Shown: positions 18,131-27,122, numbered from the stretch's first letter. The stretch: DNA of 42,445 bases from a bacterium (GCA_963657415.1 CAVKNF010000002.1:1-42445), one strand, 5' to 3'. Notes: generated by a model from the sequence alone, not told the origin. Numbers and translations: made by a program.

Positions 18131-18330
18131 ATCATTGTCTATTTTCGCTCAATCATGAGGGCGGCACTGTTCATATGGCAAAGTTAAACAACTCGGATGA
18201 AAACTCCAAATGTTTGTAAACCTTTATATTTCTTGTCAAAGGTCGAAAAGGCGTTGCTCGCTGTGAATTGCCCGATGAACTGCTGCCATGAGTAGGGAAA
18301 GGTGCTGTAAAAAGTTCGCTATGGCGATGT

Positions 18331-18418
18331 TTTGGCATTTGTCGCAAATGTTTATGGCATATGTCGCACAAGTCTTTGGCATTTGTCAAAAATGTTTGTG
18401 ACATATGCCGCACAATCC
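18331..18418. repeat. Tandem array, 4 x 22 bp
   Basis: tttggcatttgtcgcaaatgtt / tatggcatatgtcgcacaagtc / tttggcatttgtcaaaaatgtt / tgtgacatatgccgcacaatcc. Confidence 0.9.
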
Positions 18419-18458
18419 GCGCAAGGAGGTTCTTGCAAAAAGTTAGTTTGGTTCTTGC

Positions 18459-18524
18459 AGCGGTCAAGTTGACTGTTTGTAGCGATTTAGCAGACTATTA
18501 TTAGCGATTTAGTTGACTTTAGAA
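18459..18524. repeat. Second tandem array, 3 x 22 bp, different sequence
   Basis: agcggtcaagttgactgtttgt / agcgatttagcagactattatt / agcgatttagttgactttagaa. Confidence 0.75.
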
Positions 18525-18543
18525 ACTATATATAGGAGGTGTG

Positions 18544-18684
18544 GCGCCCTGAAGGGGCAGCTAAACATAGCCCAGGGCAACACCCTGGGTTGTGACGCGT
18601 ATAACTATTTTGCGCCCTGTAAGGGTAGCTAAATATAAATCAAAAAACTAATTGACTTTTATTTAGTTGCCCTTACAGGGCGCA
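18544..18684. repeat. REP/REPIN-like palindrome cluster (GCCCTG.AAGGG family)
   Basis: gcgccctgaaggggcagctaaa at 18544, gcgccctgtaagggtagctaaat at 18612, inverted copy at 18661-18684; internal hairpin cccagggcaacaccctggg at 18571-18589. Confidence 0.8.
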
Positions 18685-18694
18685 TTGCATTTCA

Positions 18695-18720
18695 TAGTAG
18701 GTGCTGCGTCCTCGCTGCAC
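18695..18720 (+). repeat. GTAG-type REP element
   Basis: tagtaggtgctgcgtcctcgctgcac; exact reverse complement at 40723-40748. Confidence 0.8.
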
Positions 18721-18729
18721 TCAAAAATC

Positions 18730-20313
18730 TTAGAAACCAGCCCAGAGCAGGCGCCAGTATTTCTTGTAGAGGTCATCCCACTTCATCACTGTGGCGGCGA
18801 AGAAGTCGGCGGTGTAGCCATTGAGGAAAGTCTCGGCGGCTTTAGCGTCGGTGGCATTGAGACTCTGCCATGTGCTGTCCACGAAAGGCAGTTCGCGCTT
18901 GCCCTTGTCGAGGAAATACTGCTGTGCAGGCAACATCGACTCGCGCGTCTTGCCCCATCTCACACTGGCTATGCGGTTGGCTCCGCGATAGTGGGTGAGG
19001 GCTGCGTCGTCGCGCAGACTGTGCTGACCGCAGATGCCGAGCATCGTGGGCAGAGAGGTGTTGCCAGAGAAGATGGGGAAGCGTGGACTCTGACCGGGAT
19101 TGTCGAGGCATACCCATGCCACGCCGCCGATATTGTCGGGCAACCATGATCGGCACTGGATGATGGTGGAGTAGGCGCACCATGACACTGCGACGGTGCG
19201 TATGTTTTCCATCGTGCTGTCGTTGAGTGCAGCGGCATGGAGTTTTATCTCGTCGGGGCGCATCCATGGATTGGCTATCATGGCTCCGCTCATATTCTTG
19301 TGCTCCTTGCCCGCCTTGGCAGAGAGCGAGTCCATGCGGCTGGCAAGTGACAGCGATGTGCCCTCATAAGTGGAACCGAGCAGGTGGGCGATGTCCTCCA
19401 CGCTAAGTTTCTTTTCCGGTTTGAATGTCACGGGCAGTTCGTCCATCTTGTCGTTATAGCCGGCATTGGGCGCCAACTGCTGCATGATGAAGAGTTCACG
19501 TACGGAGTAGTTTTTCGGTTCGTTGAAGTAGTTGCCGCCGGAGTAAGCCTTCCAGAAGGAGAACTCACCCTTGCCGTCCCACAGTCCGAGTTCCTTAGCC
19601 ACTGACTTCACGTTGGATGAAGCCATGAAGCGGTCCTTGTCGCCAAAGTCTATCTTGCCGATGCGCGAGATGTTGGCCGATACTGCCACCTCGTCGTCGC
19701 CTATGCGCTGGGCAGCCCACACGGCACCTGGCTTCTTCGGACCAGCACCCTGAATCTCAAATATCCATGTCTCCTTAGGGTCGGCGATGGTGAGACATTC
19801 GCCCGAGTCGCCATATCCATACTTCTTTGTGAGTTCGTCGATGGTGCGTATAGCCTCGCGGGCAGTCTTGCAGCGCTGCAATACCACGCGGCAGAGTTCC
19901 TCTATCATGAACATGCCGTCCTTGTTGCACAGTGTGTCCTTGCCGCCATAGGTGGTCTCGCCGATGGCAAGTTGGTGCTCATTGAGGCAAGGGTAGGCGG
20001 TGTTGAGGAAGCGGTAGGTGTGCTTTGCCTGCGGGATGGTGCCCTTCTCCTTGACGCCCGTCATGCTGCCCGGAGTCTCGGTGTGCATGAGTCCGTCATA
20101 GATGCTCATGATGGTGTCGTTGGGATAGTCTTTGGCGGGTTCGATATTCATCCATGTGCGATACCACGAGTCGCAGGTGTGGGAGGTCATTACCGAACCG
20201 TCGACCGAAGCCAGTCGGCCCACGGTGATGGATGTGCAGGCGTCTTTGTCCTGCGCCTGACCCTGGGCGATGGCGAGGATTACCAGGGCGAGGGTGATGA
20301 GTGTCTTTCTCAT
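18730..20313 (-). CDS. Dipeptidase, peptidase family C69
   Basis: Signal peptide then ACTSITVG..AS.DGS (N-terminal Cys nucleophile), LNEHQLAIGETT, TAREAI, YGY..SGE, W.AQR, N.SRI. Confidence 0.92.
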   Translation of the reverse strand: MRKTLITLALVILAIAQGQAQDKDACTSITVGRLASVDGSVMTSHTCDSWYRTWMNIEPAKDYPNDTIMSIYDGLMHTETPGSMTGVKEKGTIPQAKHTYRFLNTAYPCLNEHQLAIGETTYGGKDTLCNKDGMFMIEELCRVVLQRCKTAREAIRTIDELTKKYGYGDSGECLTIADPKETWIFEIQGAGPKKPGAVWAAQRIGDDEVAVSANISRIGKIDFGDKDRFMASSNVKSVAKELGLWDGKGEFSFWKAYSGGNYFNEPKNYSVRELFIMQQLAPNAGYNDKMDELPVTFKPEKKLSVEDIAHLLGSTYEGTSLSLASRMDSLSAKAGKEHKNMSGAMIANPWMRPDEIKLHAAALNDSTMENIRTVAVSWCAYSTIIQCRSWLPDNIGGVAWVCLDNPGQSPRFPIFSGNTSLPTMLGICGQHSLRDDAALTHYRGANRIASVRWGKTRESMLPAQQYFLDKGKRELPFVDSTWQSLNATDAKAAETFLNGYTADFFAATVMKWDDLYKKYWRLLWAGF

Positions 20314-20351
20314 ATTTTGTGTGATGAAGTTGTCGGGTTAGAAAGTTGTTG

Positions 20352-21236
20352 TCAGTCGTTATATCTCTTCAATATATCGCCATAAGCCTCTATGCGGCGG
20401 TCGCGGAGGAATGGCCACCAGCGGCGCACATCCTCGCTGTGGTCGAGGTCTACGCTTATGACGACGCTCTCCTCTTTGTCTTCGGCGCATCGGTGGAGCA
20501 TCTCGCCCTGCGGTCCAGCCACGAAACTGCTGCCCCAGAACTGTATGCCGTCGGTCATGCCGCTCGGATCGGGTTCAAAACCTACACGGTTGACAGCCAC
20601 CACGGGCAGACCATTGGCTACAGCATGACCGCGCTGCACGGTGGTCCAAGCCTCGCGCTGGCGCTGCTGTTCGTCGGCGGTGTCATTGGAAGCATAGCCG
20701 ATGGCGGTGGGGTAGATGAGAATCTCTGCACCCGAGAGTGTCATGAGTCGCGCTCCCTCGGGATACCACTGGTCCCAACAGACCTGCACGCCCAGGCGAC
20801 CTACGCTGGTGTCGATAGGGCGGAAGCCCATGTCGCCGGGGGTGAAATAAAACTTCTCGTAGTAGGCAGGGTCGTCGGGGATGTGCATCTTGCGGAATTT
20901 GCCCGCTATGGTGCCGTCTTTCTCCATCACCACGGCGGTGTTGTGATAGAGTCCCGGCGCACGCTTTTCGAAGAGTGATGTCACGATGACCACGCCATAT
21001 TGCTTGGCGAGAGAGCCGAAGAAATCGGTCGAGGGACCGGGGATGGGCTCTGCCAGGTCGAAGTTGTCTACGCTCTCCACTTGGCAGAAGTAGAGCGAAT
21101 TGTGCAGTTCCTGCAGTACTATGAGTTTTGCGCCTTGTTCGGCAAGATGCTTTATGCCGTCGGCGAGACGCTGCTTGTTGGATGCCGTGTCGGCGGTGTT
21201 GTGCTGTTGCAGTATGCCTATTTTGAGTTCTCTCAT
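20352..21236 (-). CDS. aguB: N-carbamoylputrescine amidase (carbon-nitrogen hydrolase)
   Basis: E-K-C triad LQELH / RKMHIPDDP.YYEKFYF / VCWDQWYPEGAR; WPFLRDRR; next to agmatine deiminase. Confidence 0.9.
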   Translation of the reverse strand: MRELKIGILQQHNTADTASNKQRLADGIKHLAEQGAKLIVLQELHNSLYFCQVESVDNFDLAEPIPGPSTDFFGSLAKQYGVVIVTSLFEKRAPGLYHNTAVVMEKDGTIAGKFRKMHIPDDPAYYEKFYFTPGDMGFRPIDTSVGRLGVQVCWDQWYPEGARLMTLSGAEILIYPTAIGYASNDTADEQQRQREAWTTVQRGHAVANGLPVVAVNRVGFEPDPSGMTDGIQFWGSSFVAGPQGEMLHRCAEDKEESVVISVDLDHSEDVRRWWPFLRDRRIEAYGDILKRYND

Positions 21237-21304
21237 GATGTTGTGTCCTTATATAATAAAATAATGTATAGTATATATAATATAATAATGTGTAATTTGT
21301 CGCC

Positions 21305-22360
21305 TTAGAGCGGATATTGCATCGTCAGACAGTGTATGCTGCCGTGCTGACGGATTATGATCTGTGAGTCTATGGGGATGATTTCTCGTCCGGGGAAGGC
21401 TTCGCCTATGATGCGGCAAGCCTCATGGTCGAGGTCGGGCTGAGCGTATGTCGGCACGAGCACGGCACCATTGATGACCAGGAAGTTGGCGTATGTGGCA
21501 GGCAGTCGCTCACCATCATAATGGCACGGACGCGTCATAGGCAATGGCCTGAGGCGATAGGATTTGCCCTCGCTTGTGCGCAGCGCCTGCAACTCTGCCT
21601 CGAGGGCCAGGAAGTCTTCGTGCTGTTCGTCGGTGGCGTCGGTGGTCTTAATATATAATAATGTGTCATTGGGACATATCCTCACGATGGTGTCGATGTG
21701 TCCGTCGGTGTCGTCGCCGATGAGATTGCCGTGGTTGAGCCATATGACGCGGTCGGCATGTAGGCGAAGTTTGAGTTCTCGCTCTATGTCATCCTTGGTC
21801 ATGGGTTGGTTGCGGTGAGGAGCAAGCAGACACTGCGAGGTGGTGAAGATGGTGCCATGGCCGTCGCTCTCTATGCTTCCGCCCTCAAGTACAAAGTCGT
21901 CGCAGTCAACGAGTTGCCCCGTGAGAATACCCTCTTCGTGCAGATGACGGGTGATGAGGTTATCAAGCGCAGCGCCAAACTTCTCGCCCCAACCGTTGAA
22001 GCGGAAGTCGAGTATCTGTGTGGCATGCTCTGCCGTAGTGGAATCATCGTTGCTGCTGTCGATGAGCGATATGCCGCCGTGGTCGCGTGCCCATGTGTCG
22101 TTGGTGGGGCACTCCACGATGGTCACCCTGCTCATCTGCTCTGCGGAGAGTTTTTCGGCAAGAGTCGCCCTCGTGAGGTCAGGTTCTTGCGAAGCGATGA
22201 CGAGCGGTTCGAAACGTGTGATGGCGTGTGCCATCTCGGTCATTGTGGCGGTAATCTCGGAGAGATAGGGAGCCCAGTCAGTGGACTTGTGTGGCCATGT
22301 CAACTGGACAAAGCGTTGTGTATGCCATTCTGATGGCAAAAAGAAACGTCCTTCAGTCAT
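21305..22360 (-). CDS. aguA: Agmatine deiminase
   Basis: P.EW, WP...DW, DTWARD, FNGWG, LEGGSI..DG.G, DTDGHID, ATYANF, GSIHCLT. Confidence 0.93.
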   Translation of the reverse strand: MTEGRFFLPSEWHTQRFVQLTWPHKSTDWAPYLSEITATMTEMAHAITRFEPLVIASQEPDLTRATLAEKLSAEQMSRVTIVECPTNDTWARDHGGISLIDSSNDDSTTAEHATQILDFRFNGWGEKFGAALDNLITRHLHEEGILTGQLVDCDDFVLEGGSIESDGHGTIFTTSQCLLAPHRNQPMTKDDIERELKLRLHADRVIWLNHGNLIGDDTDGHIDTIVRICPNDTLLYIKTTDATDEQHEDFLALEAELQALRTSEGKSYRLRPLPMTRPCHYDGERLPATYANFLVINGAVLVPTYAQPDLDHEACRIIGEAFPGREIIPIDSQIIIRQHGSIHCLTMQYPL

Positions 22361-22379
22361 ATGAAAATCAAAGTGTCTG

Positions 22380-22427
22380 CAAATTTACCTTTTTTTTTCG
22401 GCGTGTGGAAATTTTATGTTACTTTTG
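22380..22427. promoter_or_regulatory. Divergent -7 boxes for aguA and the ABC-like pair
   Basis: TAAATTTG on minus (22380-22387); TACTTTTG on plus (22420-22427). Confidence 0.6.
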
Positions 22428-22465
22428 CAATGAAGATAAGTATATCTCATTGTGACAAAAACACT

Positions 22466-22912
22466 ATGATAGAACTGAAGAATGTTTCCACGCACGACGA
22501 GTCAGGACAACAGGTGCTTGACGATTATTCGCTGATAGTGAAAAACGGCGAATTGAGACTGTTGGAGCGCGTTGAGGGCGAGGAAGTGATAAAAGTCATC
22601 CTCGGTTTCAAGCCCGCGTCTGACGGATTTGTGTGCTTTGACGGCATGCCCATGACCGAGAGGTCGGCATTCTTCTTGCGCAAGATGATAGCCTATGTGC
22701 CTATGCCCGAAGGTTTTGAGAATGTGACCGACTATGCCAAGAAACAACTCCAGATGGTCAACGATGCCGTGGAGAGCGACTCCGACATAGTGCTCTGTAT
22801 AGACCCTACGTCGCATCAGGACGAGGAGGCTTCCAGGGCTGTGATGGCTGCTTTGCGTGAGAAGGCAGGCAAGGGGAGCGTCGTCATAGTGGCAACAGAC
22901 AAACAAGATTAA
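22466..22912 (+). CDS. Miniaturised, degenerate ABC ATP-binding-like protein (FetA/YbbL-like)
   Basis: MIELKNVS...VLDDYSL.VKNGE, ILGF....G.V.FDG, R.MIAYVP, IVLCIDPTSHQD, VVIVATD; 148 aa; no Walker A or LSGGQ. Confidence 0.7.
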   Translation: MIELKNVSTHDESGQQVLDDYSLIVKNGELRLLERVEGEEVIKVILGFKPASDGFVCFDGMPMTERSAFFLRKMIAYVPMPEGFENVTDYAKKQLQMVNDAVESDSDIVLCIDPTSHQDEEASRAVMAALREKAGKGSVVIVATDKQD

Positions 22913-22928
22913 TGGGAGAGAGAAGACA

Positions 22929-23456
22929 ATGAAAGTGAGAATATCAAAATCGATGACCCTGCCGATGGTTTATGGCGTGGTGGCAGCATGGATTGTGGCA
23001 GGCGGACTGGCGTGCTTTGTCTTTATGCGTTACACTGAGCAGACGGCAGTCACCATACCCGTGGCTATCACGGGAATACTCCTTTTGGCAGTGCTTCCCG
23101 CCTTGCGGCGCGGCGCGTGGGTATATACCAATGCGAGGAAATATCACACTGCCGAATATCTCTATGAACTCGGCAATGGAGCGGCGATAAGTGTGGCTGT
23201 CGACGGCTATGAGAAGAAGGTGAAGAAGGCCGTGGCGGCATGGGTGAAGAGAAAACTCATAAGCGTGTCGTTTGGCGTTATGCCCGTGACATTCTTCGTA
23301 TTCCTACTGGCAGGATGCGGCTGGCTCTACTCCCTGCTGTCAGTGCTTGTGATGGCATTGATGGTGGTCGTGGGCGTATGGCTTGGCGTGGAGGTGATGC
23401 TCTTCTCCGCACGTAAGTTGTGCTATGACAAGTACGGAAATATTAAGAATAATTAA
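22929..23456 (+). CDS. Truncated FetB/YbbM (UPF0014)-like membrane protein
   Basis: About 4 TM segments; YELGNGA and C-terminal SARK..YDKYG resemble Bacteroidales UPF0014 permeases; follows the ABC-like gene. Confidence 0.55.
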   Translation: MKVRISKSMTLPMVYGVVAAWIVAGGLACFVFMRYTEQTAVTIPVAITGILLLAVLPALRRGAWVYTNARKYHTAEYLYELGNGAAISVAVDGYEKKVKKAVAAWVKRKLISVSFGVMPVTFFVFLLAGCGWLYSLLSVLVMALMVVVGVWLGVEVMLFSARKLCYDKYGNIKNN

Positions 23457-23539
23457 AAAACTCGCGCGCTATACAATATTATATACAGAAAAGAGTAACT
23501 TTGCAGTTGCAGTAATGTGCACATAAACATCATTATAGC

Positions 23540-24322
23540 GTGAAAATAAAAACAGTGCTTGATGCCCTTGAAAGTTTCGCGCCTCTGCCGCTACAGGAAA
23601 GCTATGATAATGCAGGCCTGCAGATTGGATTGACAGAAGCGGAAGTATCAGGGGTATTATTGTGTCTTGACGTCACGGAGGAAGTGGTGGACGAGGCCAT
23701 ACGACGCGGTTGCAATATGATCGTGTCGCATCATCCGTTGATATTCCGCAAACTGGCTCATGTCACAGGTAGCACCTATGTGGAGCGATGCGTGGCAAAA
23801 GCCATAAAGAATGATGTGGCTATAGCGTCGATGCACACCAATCTGGACTCGGCTCAAGGTGGTGTAAACCACAAGATCGCGGAGAAGATGGGACTGCAGG
23901 ACGTCAAGGGGATAGGCGAGGAGAAATGCGTCAATGGCGTGATGGGAGCATCTGGAGTCATCGGCAGTTTTGCCAAGCCAATGTCTTCGACTGACTTTAT
24001 TGCGATGCTCAAGCGCGAATTTCATGTGGCGTGTGTGCAGGCAAATGCCCTATTAGGCCGCCCTATAACGAAGGTGGCGATATGCGGAGGTGCAGGTTCG
24101 TTCCTTCTCGACGACGCCCTGAAAGCCGGGGCTGATGCCTTCGTGACTGGCGAGATGCACTATCATGAGTTCTTCGGACATGAAGGAGAGGTGCAGATAG
24201 CCGTCATAGGGCATTACCAGAGCGAGCAATTTACTTCGGAGGTGCTTCGCTCCATCATCCAACCGCTTGGCGTAGAGTGCTATATGTCGGAGGTGAACAC
24301 CAATCCGATATTGTATATCTGA
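23540..24322 (+). CDS. Nif3-like dinuclear metal centre protein
   Basis: APL.LQESYDNAGLQIG, SHHPLIF, HTNLD, CGGAG, TGE..YH, GHYQSE; GTG start; TAACTTTG at 23496-23503. Confidence 0.93.
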   Translation: MKIKTVLDALESFAPLPLQESYDNAGLQIGLTEAEVSGVLLCLDVTEEVVDEAIRRGCNMIVSHHPLIFRKLAHVTGSTYVERCVAKAIKNDVAIASMHTNLDSAQGGVNHKIAEKMGLQDVKGIGEEKCVNGVMGASGVIGSFAKPMSSTDFIAMLKREFHVACVQANALLGRPITKVAICGGAGSFLLDDALKAGADAFVTGEMHYHEFFGHEGEVQIAVIGHYQSEQFTSEVLRSIIQPLGVECYMSEVNTNPILYI

Positions 24323-24399
24323 CGCGGATGCAGACGGCATACGACCGTCGGGAATGAAGGAATTAAAGTAAAAACAAATATAATAACAAACATAGAATT

Positions 24400-25242
24400 A
24401 TGGCTAAGAAACAAACAGAGATGACTGTTGAGGAGAAGCTCAAGACCCTTTTCCAGTTGCAGACAGCCCTTTCGGCTATTGACGAGAAGCGCGCCATGCG
24501 CGGTGAACTGCCACTCGAGGTGAAAGACCTGGAGGATGAGATAGAGGGTTTCAATACCCGCAAGGAGAAGATCCAGAGCGAAATCAAGGATTACGAATAT
24601 GCCGTGGAGCAGAAGCAGGAGGACATCAAGCAGGCTGAAGACAGCCTTGATCGCTACAAGAAGCAGCTTGATGACGTGCGCAACAACCGCGAATATGACA
24701 CCTTGACCAAGGAAATAGAATTCCAGTCGCTGGAGATCGAACTCTGCAACAAGAAGATAAAGGAAGCCAAGATAAAGGTGGAGGAGAAGAAGCAGGAACT
24801 CGAGAAGGCTACATCGACTATCGAGGAGCGCACTCAGGACTTGATACACAAGCGTTCGGAACTGGACGAAATCATGCAGGAGACACGCGACGCTGAGGAG
24901 AGCCTCAAGGAGAAGGCTCACGAACTCGAGACAAAGATTGAGCCTCGTCTGCTCACCGCTTTCAAGCGCATCCGCAAGAGCGCACGCAACGGACTGGGCA
25001 TCGTATACGTGCAGCGTGATGCCTGCGGCGGTTGCTTCGCGAAGATTCCACCACAGCGCCAGATAGACGTGATGATGCACAAGAAGATCATCGTGTGCGA
25101 ATATTGCGGTCGTATCCTCGTGGATCCTGAACTCGCAGGTGTAAAAGTGGAGCCAAAGGTGGAGGAAAAGCCTAAGCGCCAGCGTGCCGTAACTCGCAAG
25201 ACTGCCAAGGCTGATGTTTCCGACGTGCCGGAAGAAGCATAA
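24400..25242 (+). CDS. C4-type zinc-ribbon coiled-coil protein
   Basis: Long coiled coil with NNREYD.L.KEIE; ACGGC...IPPQ...CEYCGRIL; typical Nif3 neighbour. Confidence 0.92.
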   Translation: MAKKQTEMTVEEKLKTLFQLQTALSAIDEKRAMRGELPLEVKDLEDEIEGFNTRKEKIQSEIKDYEYAVEQKQEDIKQAEDSLDRYKKQLDDVRNNREYDTLTKEIEFQSLEIELCNKKIKEAKIKVEEKKQELEKATSTIEERTQDLIHKRSELDEIMQETRDAEESLKEKAHELETKIEPRLLTAFKRIRKSARNGLGIVYVQRDACGGCFAKIPPQRQIDVMMHKKIIVCEYCGRILVDPELAGVKVEPKVEEKPKRQRAVTRKTAKADVSDVPEEA

Positions 25243-25295
25243 CATTGAGAGTTCGTCTGCCATAGCCAGATGGTGTGGCGGCATGTAAACATAAC

Positions 25296-25346
25296 ACGGA
25301 GGATATTCTTACCATGGTCAGGGTAGGGATGTCCTCCGTTTGCTTT
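25296..25346 (+). terminator. Intrinsic terminator after the zinc-ribbon gene
   Basis: 18-bp stem acggaggatattcttacc / ggtagggatgtcctccgt with 3 U-G wobbles on the plus strand, then ttgcttt. Confidence 0.75.
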
Positions 25347-25364
25347 ATAATACGACAATAGAAT

Positions 25365-27047
25365 ATGAGAAAACGTAAGGCGATATATGCTATAATGTTG
25401 ACATCCAGTATGATATGGAGTGAGAATGCCTATGCGCAATTCAGCGTTAATGGCAAGGGCGTGGTCTACGACAAACTTTCCAACACCTATATGGTGAGCA
25501 TCCCGAAGGAATCGTTTGGGGGAAATTATGATGCCGTCGTGGCTTTGGATGCAGACTCTGCGTGGACACAACTGCAGATAGAAGGGCAGGCGGTAGATGA
25601 CGGCTACATATTCAATAATGTAGAGGGAAACAAGGAATACTCGGTAAAGGCTTTGAGGGGAAATGAGCCCGTAGAGGCTAAGTTGACGTTTACTTTCCTG
25701 CCCATACTTCAACTGACGGGTTCGTTTGGCTACGACTATGCTCAAGGCAGTCTGTCGCTATATTCACCTGATGATGTGACACCTGTCACCTCGCTCTTGA
25801 AAGCGAAGTGGAGAGGAGGATCTACTAATGGAAGTGACCGTCACAAGAGAAACTACAAAATAAAACTGCTGAAAGAAAATGGGAAAAGCCGTGACTTGTC
25901 TTTGCTGGGAATGAGGGACGACAACAACTGGATATTGGATGCAGGGCAAATAGACCTTTTCAGACTTCGCAACCGCATTGCCACCGAACTGTGGAATGAC
26001 TTTGCCACCAAACCGTATTATTCTGCGGAAGAGCCCAAGGCTAAGTCGGGCGTTGGCGGAAGAGTGGTCGAAGTCATACTCAACAATGAATATCGTGGCA
26101 TATACTCCCTGACGGAGGCTATGGACAGAAAAGAACTGAAACTCAAGAAGTATGACGAGAAGAAGCAGGAGTTTCACGGTCAGTTGTGGAAGGCAAGTTC
26201 ATATGATGGCACAAGGTTTTGGGAAGTTGCCAATGATTACGACAATACAAGCGAGACCTGGCATGGATTTGAGACCAAATATCCAGATATAGAAGATGTT
26301 AACCCGACGGATTACAGCACGCTATACGATGCTTCGGATTTTGTCCTTAATAGTGACGACGAGACATTTAGAAACAAAGTGGCTGAATATTTTGACATCC
26401 CTGTGCTGATAGACTATCATATACTGCTGGAAGTGCTAAAAACCATAGACAACTGCGGAAAGAATATGTATTGGGCAGTCTATGACAAGGCTGAAGACAA
26501 AAAAATGACATTGGCTGTTTGGGATTTGGATGCCAGCGTAGGACAAGACTGGCAATGCGGAAATCCGTTGCATCCAGACTATGTGTTGCCAAATACAAGT
26601 ATGGGCGTGACTTCCTCATTTAACCTGTTTAGAAGATTGAGCACACTTGATGCTGATAATTACAATAGACGGTTGGAAGAGAGGTATAAAGACTTGAGTA
26701 AGACGTATTTGGGTGAAGACCAACTGATTGACAGATATCAAAGATATTACGATGTGCTGAATGCCAGCGGAGCAGCCCTTAGAGAAGAAAGACGCTGGAG
26801 CGGTGATTCGGACATAGGTGGCTATGAACTGAATTTCAATAAAGAACTATCATATATCAAGGACTGGATACACCAACATATTGCATTTATGAATTCTCCA
26901 AGTTCGCCTATATTGACAAGTGTCCGCAATGTAAGTCAATATGATGATAGGAAACAAGAGGAATATATCTATAATATATTGGGACAAAAGGTCGATGACA
27001 GTTATCGTGGACTCGTAATAAAGAACGGTCGTAAGATAATAAAGTAG
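25365..27047 (+). CDS. CotH kinase family protein, secreted, Prevotella-type T9SS-like C-terminus
   Basis: KWRGGS, KRNYKIKL, LLGMR.D..WIL.A, VEVILN.EYRGIY, DNCGKNMY, WDLD; tail IYNILGQKV....RGLVIKNGRKII. Confidence 0.88.
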   Translation: MRKRKAIYAIMLTSSMIWSENAYAQFSVNGKGVVYDKLSNTYMVSIPKESFGGNYDAVVALDADSAWTQLQIEGQAVDDGYIFNNVEGNKEYSVKALRGNEPVEAKLTFTFLPILQLTGSFGYDYAQGSLSLYSPDDVTPVTSLLKAKWRGGSTNGSDRHKRNYKIKLLKENGKSRDLSLLGMRDDNNWILDAGQIDLFRLRNRIATELWNDFATKPYYSAEEPKAKSGVGGRVVEVILNNEYRGIYSLTEAMDRKELKLKKYDEKKQEFHGQLWKASSYDGTRFWEVANDYDNTSETWHGFETKYPDIEDVNPTDYSTLYDASDFVLNSDDETFRNKVAEYFDIPVLIDYHILLEVLKTIDNCGKNMYWAVYDKAEDKKMTLAVWDLDASVGQDWQCGNPLHPDYVLPNTSMGVTSSFNLFRRLSTLDADNYNRRLEERYKDLSKTYLGEDQLIDRYQRYYDVLNASGAALREERRWSGDSDIGGYELNFNKELSYIKDWIHQHIAFMNSPSSPILTSVRNVSQYDDRKQEEYIYNILGQKVDDSYRGLVIKNGRKIIK

Positions 27048-27077
27048 AGACAGATAACTGGCACGCCATATAATAAA

Positions 27078-27122
27078 AGTAGGCAAAGATACAAGTCAGA
27101 GATGTTTGTATCTTTGCCTACT
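27078..27122. terminator. Hairpin between convergent cotH and pafA
   Basis: Perfect 17-bp inverted repeat agtaggcaaagatacaa / ttgtatctttgcctact. Confidence 0.7.

Noticed and set aside
18171..18467. 98-aa ORF across the 22-bp repeats
   Set aside because: Non-ATG start, translation of a repeat whose period is not a multiple of 3, and it runs over the DUF3791 promoter.
18331..18524. CRISPR array
   Set aside because: Units are contiguous with no unique spacers, and there are no cas genes.
8876..27047. Sporulation genes (SpoIID, CotH)
   Set aside because: Both families are common in non-sporulating Bacteroidota; there is no sporulation context.
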